Below are positions 1-9,052 of a DNA stretch of 64,000 bases, in pieces. Source of the DNA: an uncultured Planctomicrobium sp. (GTDB lineage: Bacteria; Planctomycetota; Planctomycetia; Planctomycetales; Planctomycetaceae); the NCBI GenBank assembly GCA_937916275.1, contig CALFTD010000318.1, positions 27,446-91,445 on the forward strand, in the 5' to 3' direction. The translations under genes were made by a program, and so were the position numbers. The notes below the pieces were generated by a model. The model saw nothing but the letters and a program-made list of their open reading frames with translations. It was not told where the DNA came from and did not search any database. How positions within the stretch are numbered: position 1 is the stretch's first letter; each line of letters starts with the position of its first letter.

Positions 1-290
1 TCTTCGACCTCGAACTCCCCGAGGATCGCGACTTCGATACCCTCGGCGGACTCGTATTCTCCGAGTTAGAAAGAGTACCCAAACAGGGAGAACGATTCGA
101 ATGGAAGGAACTTCAATTTACAGTCATCGAAGCGAGTGACCGTAAAATCAGCCGCATTCAACTTTACAGCCAAGTTCCGTGGCCGACTGCTGAAGCCTCT
201 CATTTGGAATCAGATCATCAAAATGAGAACGAAGAACAACCGTTTCGACTCCTCCAAGAAGAGTCAACTCCCGAAGAACAAGCTTCGTAA
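1..290 (+). CDS. C-terminal fragment of a CorC/HlyC (CNNM/TlyC-type) transporter-associated-domain protein; 5' end outside window
   Basis: Frame 3 is open from the left edge to TAA at 288-290. It is absent from the ORF track because there is no start in the window. The translation ..DTLGGLVFSELERVPKQGERFEWKELQFTVIEASDRKISRIQL.. looks like the CorC_HlyC C-terminal domain. Confidence 0.7.
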   Translation, partial: FDLELPEDRDFDTLGGLVFSELERVPKQGERFEWKELQFTVIEASDRKISRIQLYSQVPWPTAEASHLESDHQNENEEQPFRLLQEESTPEEQAS

Positions 291-590
291 TGATTGAATG
301 AAAATACCAGCACGCACGTTGATTCACTCGCTCGCGCGTCGGGCTGGTAGTTGGTTAAACTTCTCGTACCAATTATGAGACTGTGGCTCTGTGGTTATTA
401 ATTATTACCGAACTCAGCATCTTGATCGACTAGCATGAAGATCAATCAATACTCCTCAATCATCGAATACAATAACCGACCGCAAGAGATTCCTTCACAA
501 TAAACCATGTGATAGAACAGTGTTTGCTTGCGTGTTGCGACGTTGCCGAATACAAACAGTTGATTCAATAACAACATTAGGAGTCCTGGA

Positions 591-2879
591 ATGTCGGAAA
601 GTAACGGTTCAACCACATTAAAGCACCATGATCGTAAGTATCAGGTGATTGGTACGAGACCCGTTCGACATGATGGTGCAGATAAGGTTACCGGTCGAGC
701 GATCTACGGAGCCGATGTTCGTCTGACAGGCATGTTGCAAGGATTTATTCTTCGTAGCCCGATTGCCCATGGAAATATTGTTTCTATCGACACATCTGAA
801 GCTGAAAAGTTTCCCGGTGTGTATGCTGTCATTACTGGTGCTGATTTGCCAGATGCCGAAGATCGCATCGCTGAGTTGGGTGAAGGATCTGTTAACCTGA
901 AGCACTTGAGTGCGAACATTCTCGCTAAAGACAAGGTGCTTTATCACGGTCATGCGATCGCTGCCGTGGCCGCTGAGAATATTCACATTGCTGAAGAGGC
1001 AGCCAAGCTCATCAAAGTAGAGATCGATCCGCTCTCAGTTGAGCTGGATGTCTTACAAGCAATGGAAGAGACAGCGTCTGTCTTGAACTCCGATGTGAAG
1101 ACAACTGAGTTCGGCGAAGTCATCGGTGATAAACCTTCGAATGTCGCGTCGAAATTCGTTTACGACAAAGGCGATGCCGCTTCGGCATTTGCTTCTGCTG
1201 ACGTTGTCGTTGAGAAAGAATTTCGGACAGCTACGGTTCATCAAGGATACATCGAACCACATACTTCAACGGCCCTGTGGCATGGTGATGGTCGCTGTAC
1301 TGTTTGGACGAGTACACAAGGTTCGTTTTCCGTTCGACATCAACTCGCAGAATTACTGGAGATTCCACTCACTTGGATTAAAGTCATCCCAACTGAGATC
1401 GGTGGCGGTTTTGGAGGGAAGATTTCGGTCTACGAACAACCGGTCGCTGTGTTGCTCTCCCAAAAATCTGGTCGACCTGTTCAAGTCACCATGAGTCGCA
1501 CCGATGTTTTTCAAGCAACGGGACCGACTCCCGGATCGTATATTCGCGTCAAGATTGGTGCCAATTCAGATGGAAAGATCGTCGCTGGAGAAGCCTATCT
1601 CGCTTACGAAGCTGGAGCGTATCCCGGTTCTCCGATTAACCCCGGTTGCCTTTGCATCTTCTCATGCTACGACATTCCCAATGCTCGCATTGAAGGCTAC
1701 GACGTCTGTGTGAACAAGCCACGCACGAATGCTTATCGTGCTCCAGGTTCAACAAATGCAGCGTTCGCCATTGAAGCGGTGATTGATGAAGTCGCTGAGA
1801 AGATTGGCGTCGACAAACTTCAGTTCCGCATCGATAACGCCTCGAAAGAAGGAACACGCCGACCCGATGGAGTTGTTTACCCCAAGATTGGACTTGTCGA
1901 GTGCTTAGAAGCAATCCAACAGAGTGATCATTACAAATCCAAGCTAGAAGGTCCGAATCGTGGACGTGGAGTCGCCTCCGGATTTTGGTTCAATGCAGGT
2001 TTGAAATCGAGTGTGACTGTCAACGTCAACAGCGATGGAATGGTGTCACTGATTGAAGGGTCAACAGATATCGGAGGCACGCGAACTTCCCTCTCAATGC
2101 AGCTCGCTGAAACCTTGGGGATCACCGCAGAGGACGTGCAACCGATTGTCGCCGACACCGATAGTGTCGGCTATACCGATGTCACCGGAGGAAGTCGTGT
2201 CACCATGGCGACTGGTATGGCTGTCCACGAAGCGGGTTTGAAAATCCGAGACCTAATGTGTGAGCGGGCAGCGAAGATCTGGGAGTGCGAGACCAGCGAA
2301 GTTCGCTACGAAGACCGTGGAGTGATTTCCGGTCCTAGCGGGAAGCAAGTCTCCTTCAAAGAGTTGGCGAACAAAATTATTTCAACTGGCGAATCGATAA
2401 CGGCTTCAGCGAGCATCAGTGCTCCAGCATCAAGCAACGCTTTCGGTGTGCATTGTGTAGATGTCGAAGTTGATCCTGAAACCGGTAAGGTCGAAATTTT
2501 AAGATATACCGCTGCTCAAGATGCGGGGACAGCGATTCACCCAGCCTATGTCGAAGGACAAATTCAGGGTGGAGTCGTCCAAGGGATTGGCTGGGGATTG
2601 AATGAGGAGTACATCTACAACAATGATGGATTATTGATGAATGCTAATTTCCTCGACTACCGCATGCCGACTTGTTTCGACCTCCCGAATATCGACGCCA
2701 TCATCGTGGAAGTCCCTAACCCAGATCATCCGTATGGAGTTCGCGGAGTGGGAGAAGTTCCTATCTGTCCCCCACCAGCTGCGTTGAATAGTTCCATTCA
2801 CGACGCGGTCGGAGTGAGAATGCAGGTGCTACCGATGTCACCACCGCGAGTGGTTCACGAACTTCTGAAAAAAGAATAA
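591..2879 (+). CDS. xanthine dehydrogenase / aldehyde oxidase family molybdopterin-binding large subunit (CoxL/XdhB-like)
   Basis: 762-aa ORF with AGGAG 7 nt upstream of the ATG. It has the EIGGGFGGK motif, and the hammerhead plus MoCo-binding layout is recognisable along the whole length. Confidence 0.9.
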   Translation: MSESNGSTTLKHHDRKYQVIGTRPVRHDGADKVTGRAIYGADVRLTGMLQGFILRSPIAHGNIVSIDTSEAEKFPGVYAVITGADLPDAEDRIAELGEGSVNLKHLSANILAKDKVLYHGHAIAAVAAENIHIAEEAAKLIKVEIDPLSVELDVLQAMEETASVLNSDVKTTEFGEVIGDKPSNVASKFVYDKGDAASAFASADVVVEKEFRTATVHQGYIEPHTSTALWHGDGRCTVWTSTQGSFSVRHQLAELLEIPLTWIKVIPTEIGGGFGGKISVYEQPVAVLLSQKSGRPVQVTMSRTDVFQATGPTPGSYIRVKIGANSDGKIVAGEAYLAYEAGAYPGSPINPGCLCIFSCYDIPNARIEGYDVCVNKPRTNAYRAPGSTNAAFAIEAVIDEVAEKIGVDKLQFRIDNASKEGTRRPDGVVYPKIGLVECLEAIQQSDHYKSKLEGPNRGRGVASGFWFNAGLKSSVTVNVNSDGMVSLIEGSTDIGGTRTSLSMQLAETLGITAEDVQPIVADTDSVGYTDVTGGSRVTMATGMAVHEAGLKIRDLMCERAAKIWECETSEVRYEDRGVISGPSGKQVSFKELANKIISTGESITASASISAPASSNAFGVHCVDVEVDPETGKVEILRYTAAQDAGTAIHPAYVEGQIQGGVVQGIGWGLNEEYIYNNDGLLMNANFLDYRMPTCFDLPNIDAIIVEVPNPDHPYGVRGVGEVPICPPPAALNSSIHDAVGVRMQVLPMSPPRVVHELLKKE

Positions 2880-2892
2880 CGCTAAAACTTGT

Positions 2893-4140
2893 TTATTTCT
2901 CGAGAGTGATCTCGTTTTTAGCCGTGTCGACATTCGTGACCTTACCGAATTCAATTCGGTCAGCGAATTGCTGAATGCCTTTGACATCATCAAAGACAAT
3001 CCGAGAAGAACCATCGCCAATATTTTCTGGTCGCATGCGAAATGTCTCCGCTGCTGTTCTTAGATCTCTCATGTGTCGAATAGTTTCACTTCTGTTAAAC
3101 CCTTTCAGGATGACGGTGACTGTTTGCTTTTCAGTTTCCACCACGGCGAATGGACTCTTCATTTCTGATGGTTCTGTGGTCGATCCGGTGGCAACGAAAG
3201 GATTCTCCATTTCCTCAGTTGTGCTTGTGTTGCCACTTTGCTGAGTGCTGGAAGGAAAGTTCGTGACATCCTTAAACGGGGAATCAGACTCTTCGGCTTG
3301 TGAAGTGTTTTGGTTTGTCGCATTTTGCTGCGTCGAATTTTCTTGCGAAGCTGGCTGATTAAAGAAATCACCCTGAGGAGCTGAACCAGGGTTCGACGCA
3401 TTCATCATGTCACGATGCGTTTGTTGCATTTGCTGTACAGAGTCATTGTGTCGTTGCATAGCGTCATCATGCATTTGCTCCGCAATGCGGTTCATCTCCG
3501 GCTGTTTCTTTTCGGCGCCTCCAATTGCATTCATTGCAATTCGACCAACGATAAATATCAGTGGAACTCCAAAGACTAAAGCGATAAGTCCAATAGCTCC
3601 CCATTTCACGAATTGAAATCCATTATCGAAGAGCTCCCCCATGTGGTCCTGTAAGTATGAAATAGTAATAAGGACCGCTCCTAGAATCAAAAAACAGACC
3701 CCTCCTAAGGTCTGCATCTCGGGCGACATGGCATTTAAGCCTTTGATTTGTAGTCCTATAAACGGCAGAATGAACGCTCCGACTCCGAACAGGATCATTG
3801 TTCCTCCGAACTTGCGCAATTGTTCGGGGGCAATCGTTGCAGTTTTCGATTTCCTAGATCGCCGTTTTCGCGAAGTTGATTGACGAGAAGAGCCAGCACT
3901 TTTCTTTCTAGCCGGAGTCTCTCCAAAGAGATCATCCTGTTCTTCTTCAAAACCGAACGGGTCTGCTGCGGGTTGACGTTGCTTTGATGTTGAGCGAGAA
4001 GGTTTTGGCTTCGCTGGTCGTACACGATGATCGGCAGCGGTGAAAAGTTCATCACATCTTGGGCAACGAACTTTTTCGATGGCTGACGTTAATTTCATTT
4101 TCGCCTGGCAACCTGGGCATTGAACACGCATTTCTGCCAT
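2893..4140 (-). CDS. hypothetical membrane protein: N-terminal CxxC..CxxC zinc ribbon, K/R/S-rich linker, 3-4 TM helices, Q/N/S/T-rich disordered region, small C-terminal domain
   Basis: 415-aa ORF with ATG at 4138-4140. Zinc-ribbon signature RVQCPGCQAKMKL..VRCPRCDELF. Hydrophobic segments MILFGVGAFILPFIG, GGVCFLILGAVLITISYL and WGAIGLIALVFGVPLIFIVG. It is the last gene of the FHA/Hsp70 block. Confidence 0.6.
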   Translation of the reverse strand: MAEMRVQCPGCQAKMKLTSAIEKVRCPRCDELFTAADHRVRPAKPKPSRSTSKQRQPAADPFGFEEEQDDLFGETPARKKSAGSSRQSTSRKRRSRKSKTATIAPEQLRKFGGTMILFGVGAFILPFIGLQIKGLNAMSPEMQTLGGVCFLILGAVLITISYLQDHMGELFDNGFQFVKWGAIGLIALVFGVPLIFIVGRIAMNAIGGAEKKQPEMNRIAEQMHDDAMQRHNDSVQQMQQTHRDMMNASNPGSAPQGDFFNQPASQENSTQQNATNQNTSQAEESDSPFKDVTNFPSSTQQSGNTSTTEEMENPFVATGSTTEPSEMKSPFAVVETEKQTVTVILKGFNRSETIRHMRDLRTAAETFRMRPENIGDGSSRIVFDDVKGIQQFADRIEFGKVTNVDTAKNEITLEK

Positions 4141-4380
4141 AGCAAAGCTCCTGGAAGTAGATAGTAAACAGAATTAATCATTAACGTACAATAGTACGCC
4201 AATGAGATGCAATCGTAATTTAAAGAACACTTCTGGTATGTCAGCACGACATCACAAGTCTTTAGGTTTAACGGCAAGCCATAGGCGTTGAAGTTTATCG
4301 TTTAACGCAGTCTCCTAGCAGTTAAACGAATTCTCACCAACAACTTGTGAACAGATGCTTAAGTAAATCACTTCTTGTTA

Positions 4381-4407
4381 TTTCACCCTTGCCCCTCGAT
4401 CCCTAGC
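4381..4407 (-). repeat. 27-nt conserved intergenic motif, copy 1 (plus strand tttcacccttgcccctcgatccctagc; minus strand GCTAGGGATCGAGGGGCAAGGGTGAAA)
   Basis: The identical 27-mer recurs at 33754-33780 in the same orientation. Both copies lie 5' of minus-strand genes. Confidence 0.85.
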
Positions 4408-4431
4408 TTCTTGCTCACGCGATTAGCCGCG

Positions 4432-6072
4432 TCAAGATTCTGCCGCTTCATCAAGCATGAATGGCCACTTCATATGGAAGCAAGTCCCGCGACCGAGTTC
4501 GCTGTCGATTGTGATTTCGCCGCCGTGTTCTTTTAATACTTTCTGGCTGACTGAGAGTCCCAGACCCGTTCCTGCGGAACCTTTGCTTGATTCAAAAAGG
4601 TTGAACATTTTGGGCAAGTCAACCGGATCAATACCGGTCCCATTATCCTCGATTTCGAGTTCAAATTTTTCTTCGTTTTGTAAGTATCGACCTCGAATGA
4701 TAATTTTAGGCTGCTCTTGATCCTCAAGCGCATCGATGGCATTGATGATCAGATTTAGAATCGCTCGATGAAAACCTTCGGAATCAATCATCGAGCCTGG
4801 TAAATTGTCAGTGAGCTCAATTTGTAATTCGATTCCATGATCAACAAGCCGCTGCTGCATCAGGTCGGCAACCTCTTGGATGATATCTTCAATTTCCGTT
4901 AAGACGAGCTTCGGCGCGCGGTCTTTACTGTATGCCAGCATGTCCATGACGAGGTTGTAGATTCTTTCCTGATTACGTTCGACGATGGTCCAACCTTTTT
5001 GGATGAGTTCGTTATTCTCTCCTTTCAAGCCCATATCGACCAGATAGCCACCACCCCGGACACCTTGCAGTATGTTCTTAATGTGATGGCTCATGATGGC
5101 AGTCGTTTGACCAACAGCAGCGAGGCGTTCAGCAGAAAGCATTGAATCGTGATAGCGATGGTTTTCAATTGCCAGAGCAGATTGTCGACCTATTGCGATC
5201 AATAGTCGTAAGAGTTGATCATTAAACTGCCCTGGTTGAGAGTCATCGACCTGCATGGCGGAGGTCGTCGTGTCGACATAGATCACTCCCATCAATTCGT
5301 ATCGTCCATGCATCGGAACACACATGACCTCACGAATCCCTGCTTTCAGAATGCTTTGCCCACCGTCAAAGCGGCTATCATGTTGAGCATCAGAGGTCCG
5401 TACGCCTTTGCCATTTTCAATAACATGCTCAACGATTGTTGTCGAAATCGGCATTCGTTGCCCTACGTCAATCCCTGCACGATGACTGACGACCCGAGGT
5501 TCGATGCGATCTGTCTTGCTGTCCGTTACTAACATACAACCGCGATCGGCGCCGACAGTTTTCAACGTCAGATCAAGGATTCGATTAAGCAATTCATCTC
5601 GTGAAGTGGTCGGACGCACCACTTCTTCGGTGATTTGATAAAGCAATTGTAGATTCGCACCTTCTTGCCCCCAGTTTTGTCCTTCTGAACGTACCTGACC
5701 GACAATACGTGAGCGGTCCGACTTTGCGTCTTCTGGGACAATATTGATCTGCACAGCGGCTTCCGAAGAATCGGAAGGGAGCGTTGAGGAAAATAGCAAA
5801 ATCGATCGACCAAGTTGAATCTGATCTCCTTGCTTTAAAGGAGATGATTCGACTTGCTTCCCATTGACAAAAGTTCCATTTGAACTGTTTTTGTCGACAA
5901 TTAACCAGCGATCATTCTCGAAGGTGAAGTCGGCATGTTGCCGGGACATCTCGGTATCTAAGATACGTGAGTCGTTATGGACACCTCGCCCGATACTGAG
6001 CTTATCGGTACTCAGCTCAATGCGACTCCCTTGCCCTGGTCCTTGAATGACCAGTAGTGTCGCTTCTGGCAC
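4432..6072 (-). CDS. FHA + GAF + HisKA/HATPase_c sensor histidine kinase
   Basis: 546-aa ORF with a GTG start and GAGG upstream. N-terminal FHA (LSIGRG..SRQHADF..IVDKNSSNGTFVNG), central GAF, H-box AIMSHHIKNIL, and ATPase G-boxes DNGTGI and GTGLGLS. Confidence 0.85.
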   Translation of the reverse strand: MPEATLLVIQGPGQGSRIELSTDKLSIGRGVHNDSRILDTEMSRQHADFTFENDRWLIVDKNSSNGTFVNGKQVESSPLKQGDQIQLGRSILLFSSTLPSDSSEAAVQINIVPEDAKSDRSRIVGQVRSEGQNWGQEGANLQLLYQITEEVVRPTTSRDELLNRILDLTLKTVGADRGCMLVTDSKTDRIEPRVVSHRAGIDVGQRMPISTTIVEHVIENGKGVRTSDAQHDSRFDGGQSILKAGIREVMCVPMHGRYELMGVIYVDTTTSAMQVDDSQPGQFNDQLLRLLIAIGRQSALAIENHRYHDSMLSAERLAAVGQTTAIMSHHIKNILQGVRGGGYLVDMGLKGENNELIQKGWTIVERNQERIYNLVMDMLAYSKDRAPKLVLTEIEDIIQEVADLMQQRLVDHGIELQIELTDNLPGSMIDSEGFHRAILNLIINAIDALEDQEQPKIIIRGRYLQNEEKFELEIEDNGTGIDPVDLPKMFNLFESSKGSAGTGLGLSVSQKVLKEHGGEITIDSELGRGTCFHMKWPFMLDEAAES

Positions 6073-6145
6073 AGTGCTACCTCGCAGTGAGAAATTTTTA
6101 TCTGCAAAAACACATTCTCTAAGGGGAAATGCGACTTGCCTGAAT

Positions 6146-7186
6146 TTACTTCCAGTATTTTTGAGTTACCCAGAAAGAGGTTCCAATCAAGCAGGCAATC
6201 GCTAATCCGAAGGAGATCAAGTTTGGATACCATGCCAACTTCAGAGCAAGCGAGGGGACCATCATTTTGAGAATCACAGGCAACATCGGGATGATGGCGC
6301 TCCAGCAAATAAACAGGATTCCATACTGCTTACGTTCTTTTTTCTCCTCTGGAGAAAGTTGATCGAAAGAACTGGAAGAAGCCGATGAAGATTTCGTTTT
6401 TCCCGATTTAGAACTTTTCTTTGACGGAACTGCATCCATGTTCGATGACGAGATTTTTGCCTCATCACGCATCCCAGGTGCATAATATTGCGCTATCGCC
6501 TGATTGACTGCCCTGGGTGACACAATGACTGGTCGAATCGGAACACCCGCTCTTAAGCGGAGTTCTTCTTCGGTTTCATGGTCGAGTTGATCAATGCAAG
6601 CAACAAGAAGTTGTCCATCATCGACAAACAAGGGGATGAAGGAATTGCGTTTGACCATGACACGCGGAACAAGATCCAGCGCATCGTCTTCCGGAAACAT
6701 GTCGTCCAGATCAACATAGGAATAGCCAAGTTGGACTGCCAGCGCTTGGGCAGCTTTGGTCGGATTGACAAGCTTCATCTGCACGACAGCATCGCGATGA
6801 CTTAAACCACGTTTGCTGGCAAACTCTTCTGCTTCACCTTGTTGGTCACGTGAAATGTCACCATTTCTCACGAGGACATCCAACAGCGGCTGGCGACCGA
6901 ACTCATCGACTTCTGCTTCGAATTCTCGCCCTAAACCCTCATCGTATTCACGCTTGCGAGTTGTGTCTGTGAGACACAACATCGCCTTCGCCATTTCATT
7001 GAGTAGATCTTGAGACTGAACCGAATATTGTCCGGTCGCGTACTTTCGAACATGACCATTCAACTTCTTATAGTGAGCGCGGATTTTCTCCGAATCATCT
7101 TCAAAGCGTACGATTCTGAGCAATTCATAATGATCCGGAGGACGCGGTCCCTCGGGGATTCCCAACCATTCCTTGTAGACATCCAT
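6146..7186 (-). CDS. membrane-anchored protein: HPD-less J-like module + T2SSE_N (GspE/MshE N-terminal type) domain + S/K-rich linker + C-terminal TM helices
   Basis: 346-aa ORF. WLGIPEGPRPPDHYELLRI..IRAHYKKLNGHVRKY..REYDEGL resembles a J domain but has no HPD. LLDVLVRNGDIS..LGYSYVDLDD..VKRNSFIPLFVDDGQLLVACID fits T2SSE_N. C-terminal hydrophobic segments are ILFICWSAIIPMLPVIL and ISFGLAIACLIGTSFWV. Confidence 0.6.
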   Translation of the reverse strand: MDVYKEWLGIPEGPRPPDHYELLRIVRFEDDSEKIRAHYKKLNGHVRKYATGQYSVQSQDLLNEMAKAMLCLTDTTRKREYDEGLGREFEAEVDEFGRQPLLDVLVRNGDISRDQQGEAEEFASKRGLSHRDAVVQMKLVNPTKAAQALAVQLGYSYVDLDDMFPEDDALDLVPRVMVKRNSFIPLFVDDGQLLVACIDQLDHETEEELRLRAGVPIRPVIVSPRAVNQAIAQYYAPGMRDEAKISSSNMDAVPSKKSSKSGKTKSSSASSSSFDQLSPEEKKERKQYGILFICWSAIIPMLPVILKMMVPSLALKLAWYPNLISFGLAIACLIGTSFWVTQKYWK

Positions 7187-7252
7187 AAATGAAAACTCTC
7201 AATCCGTACCCTGAAAATTCAACTCAAACTTCACTCACACAATTGGCGTCAA

Positions 7253-8830
7253 TTACTCAACTTGGTAATCGCTTGCCAGAGTCTGGAAAGCATCTACATT
7301 TTCATTTGTGAGACCTGAATCTCTGACAATTTCGGTTTTCGCGACGACATTTCCAGTCAACTCAATCGCTGTCGCGGAGAAACGACCGTTCTTATCGTAA
7401 CTGTAAGTGATTTCGACTGGCGATCCGGCAGGAAGGTCAGCAGGCAGGTTTACAATTCGGAAATCTCCAATCGTTGTACAGGCATCTGGATCAGATGCAT
7501 CACCTTCGAGTACACAAACGTGAACACGTTGCTGGTTCGCTGTGTTCGTTTTGAACTTTTGTTTGACTTCGACCGGTAACGATGAATTCTTAGGAATCAT
7601 GATGTGATTAATTTTCCGCGATTTCTCTTGCGGATCACTAATCTTCACTCCAAGAGAGTGAGAATTGACATCGGTTGCAGAAACCAGCCGCAAGCGGTTG
7701 ATCACAGCTTTCGCTAGACGGCTGTCACCACCTGTTGCTCTTGCTTCCAAAATCGCTGCATGAATAGCAGCTCCCTGAGAAACAGCTTCTTCTGGACTGA
7801 CATCACGGGACGGATCTAACCCTGTGACATCTTTCAACATTGTTTCAACGACCGGCATGTAAGTCGATCCACCGACCAGAACGAGCTCATCGAGTTCACC
7901 CTTTCCGACGCCCGCTTGCTGCATCACAAGTTCGGTTGTGTCGCGAGTTCGTTGCATGAGGTCGCCGGTCAGACGCTCGAAATCGCCGCGAGTCAATGCA
8001 ATCGTGACGTTTTTGCCCTTATAGTATGCACTAATCGGGATCTGTGCTCGTTCACTCAAGTCACGTTTTGCCTGCTCACATTCTTGAGTCAGTTGCATCA
8101 ATGTTTCAGGATCTTCACGTGGATCCAATTGATGTTTCGTATGGAATTCTTCAGCGATATGGTCGACGATTCGTCGACTCCAATCGAGTCCACCTAGCAT
8201 GACATCGCCATCTGTAGCGAGCACTTTGAATGTGGTCGCTGTATAGCGAACAACGGTGACATCGAAGGTTCCTCCTCCGAGATCGTAAACCATAATTGTT
8301 CGTTCACCATCAAAGGCATCAGGACGACCGAGATGACCTTTCTGCCAAGCGTAGGCAAGAGTTGCAGCTGTTGGCTCGTTGATGATATCGATCACGTTCA
8401 AGCCAGCGATTTTCCCGGAATCCTGCGTCGCTTTGCGACGTACATCGTTAAAGTAATACGGAACGGTAATGACCGCATTTGCGATGGGACCGATGCTCTT
8501 CTCTGCGTCTTGCTTGAGCTTTTTGATGATCAACGCCGAGACGAATTCTGGAGTCAGTTTCTTGTCTTGATAGACGACAAAGAAATCTTTGTTGCCCATT
8601 TGTCGTTTAATGGCTTCCACGATATTACGAGGATTTTCAATGGACATCCGTTCAAAGGTGGGACCAACGATGACCTTGCCTTCGTCGCTGAGAATGACAA
8701 CTGAAGGAGTGATTGTGGTCCCTTCAGCGTTTTCAACAGCGACAGGGTTGCCCTCTCCGTCGATTTGGGCAATAGCTGAATAGGTCGTGCCGAGATCGAC
8801 GCCGACTGTTTGACCTTCTTGGATTTCCAT
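7253..8830 (-). CDS. atypical Hsp70-family ATPase (NBD + beta-sandwich SBD, no helical lid; HscC-like)
   Basis: 525-aa ORF with Hsp70 signatures VGVDLGTTYS, VYDLGGGTFDV and LVLVGGSTYMPVV. The protein ends shortly after the beta substrate-binding subdomain. Confidence 0.9.
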   Translation of the reverse strand: MEIQEGQTVGVDLGTTYSAIAQIDGEGNPVAVENAEGTTITPSVVILSDEGKVIVGPTFERMSIENPRNIVEAIKRQMGNKDFFVVYQDKKLTPEFVSALIIKKLKQDAEKSIGPIANAVITVPYYFNDVRRKATQDSGKIAGLNVIDIINEPTAATLAYAWQKGHLGRPDAFDGERTIMVYDLGGGTFDVTVVRYTATTFKVLATDGDVMLGGLDWSRRIVDHIAEEFHTKHQLDPREDPETLMQLTQECEQAKRDLSERAQIPISAYYKGKNVTIALTRGDFERLTGDLMQRTRDTTELVMQQAGVGKGELDELVLVGGSTYMPVVETMLKDVTGLDPSRDVSPEEAVSQGAAIHAAILEARATGGDSRLAKAVINRLRLVSATDVNSHSLGVKISDPQEKSRKINHIMIPKNSSLPVEVKQKFKTNTANQQRVHVCVLEGDASDPDACTTIGDFRIVNLPADLPAGSPVEITYSYDKNGRFSATAIELTGNVVAKTEIVRDSGLTNENVDAFQTLASDYQVE

Positions 8831-9052
8831 TATGTTTCCTTTAACGATATATGATTCGCTGGTTTCAGCAATAAGTGATTTTATTAGCTTTGATTAAATC
8901 GACTGAGGATAAATAGTCTGTCTCTTGAACGAGACGAAGTGATTTGATGATCGCATATTCTGACGACGGGTTGCACCATATTCAAGCGAACGCTGATGAA
9001 TCCCTAGCGAATGAAAGAAATGAAGTCGATTTCTCCGACTGAGTACAGTGAA

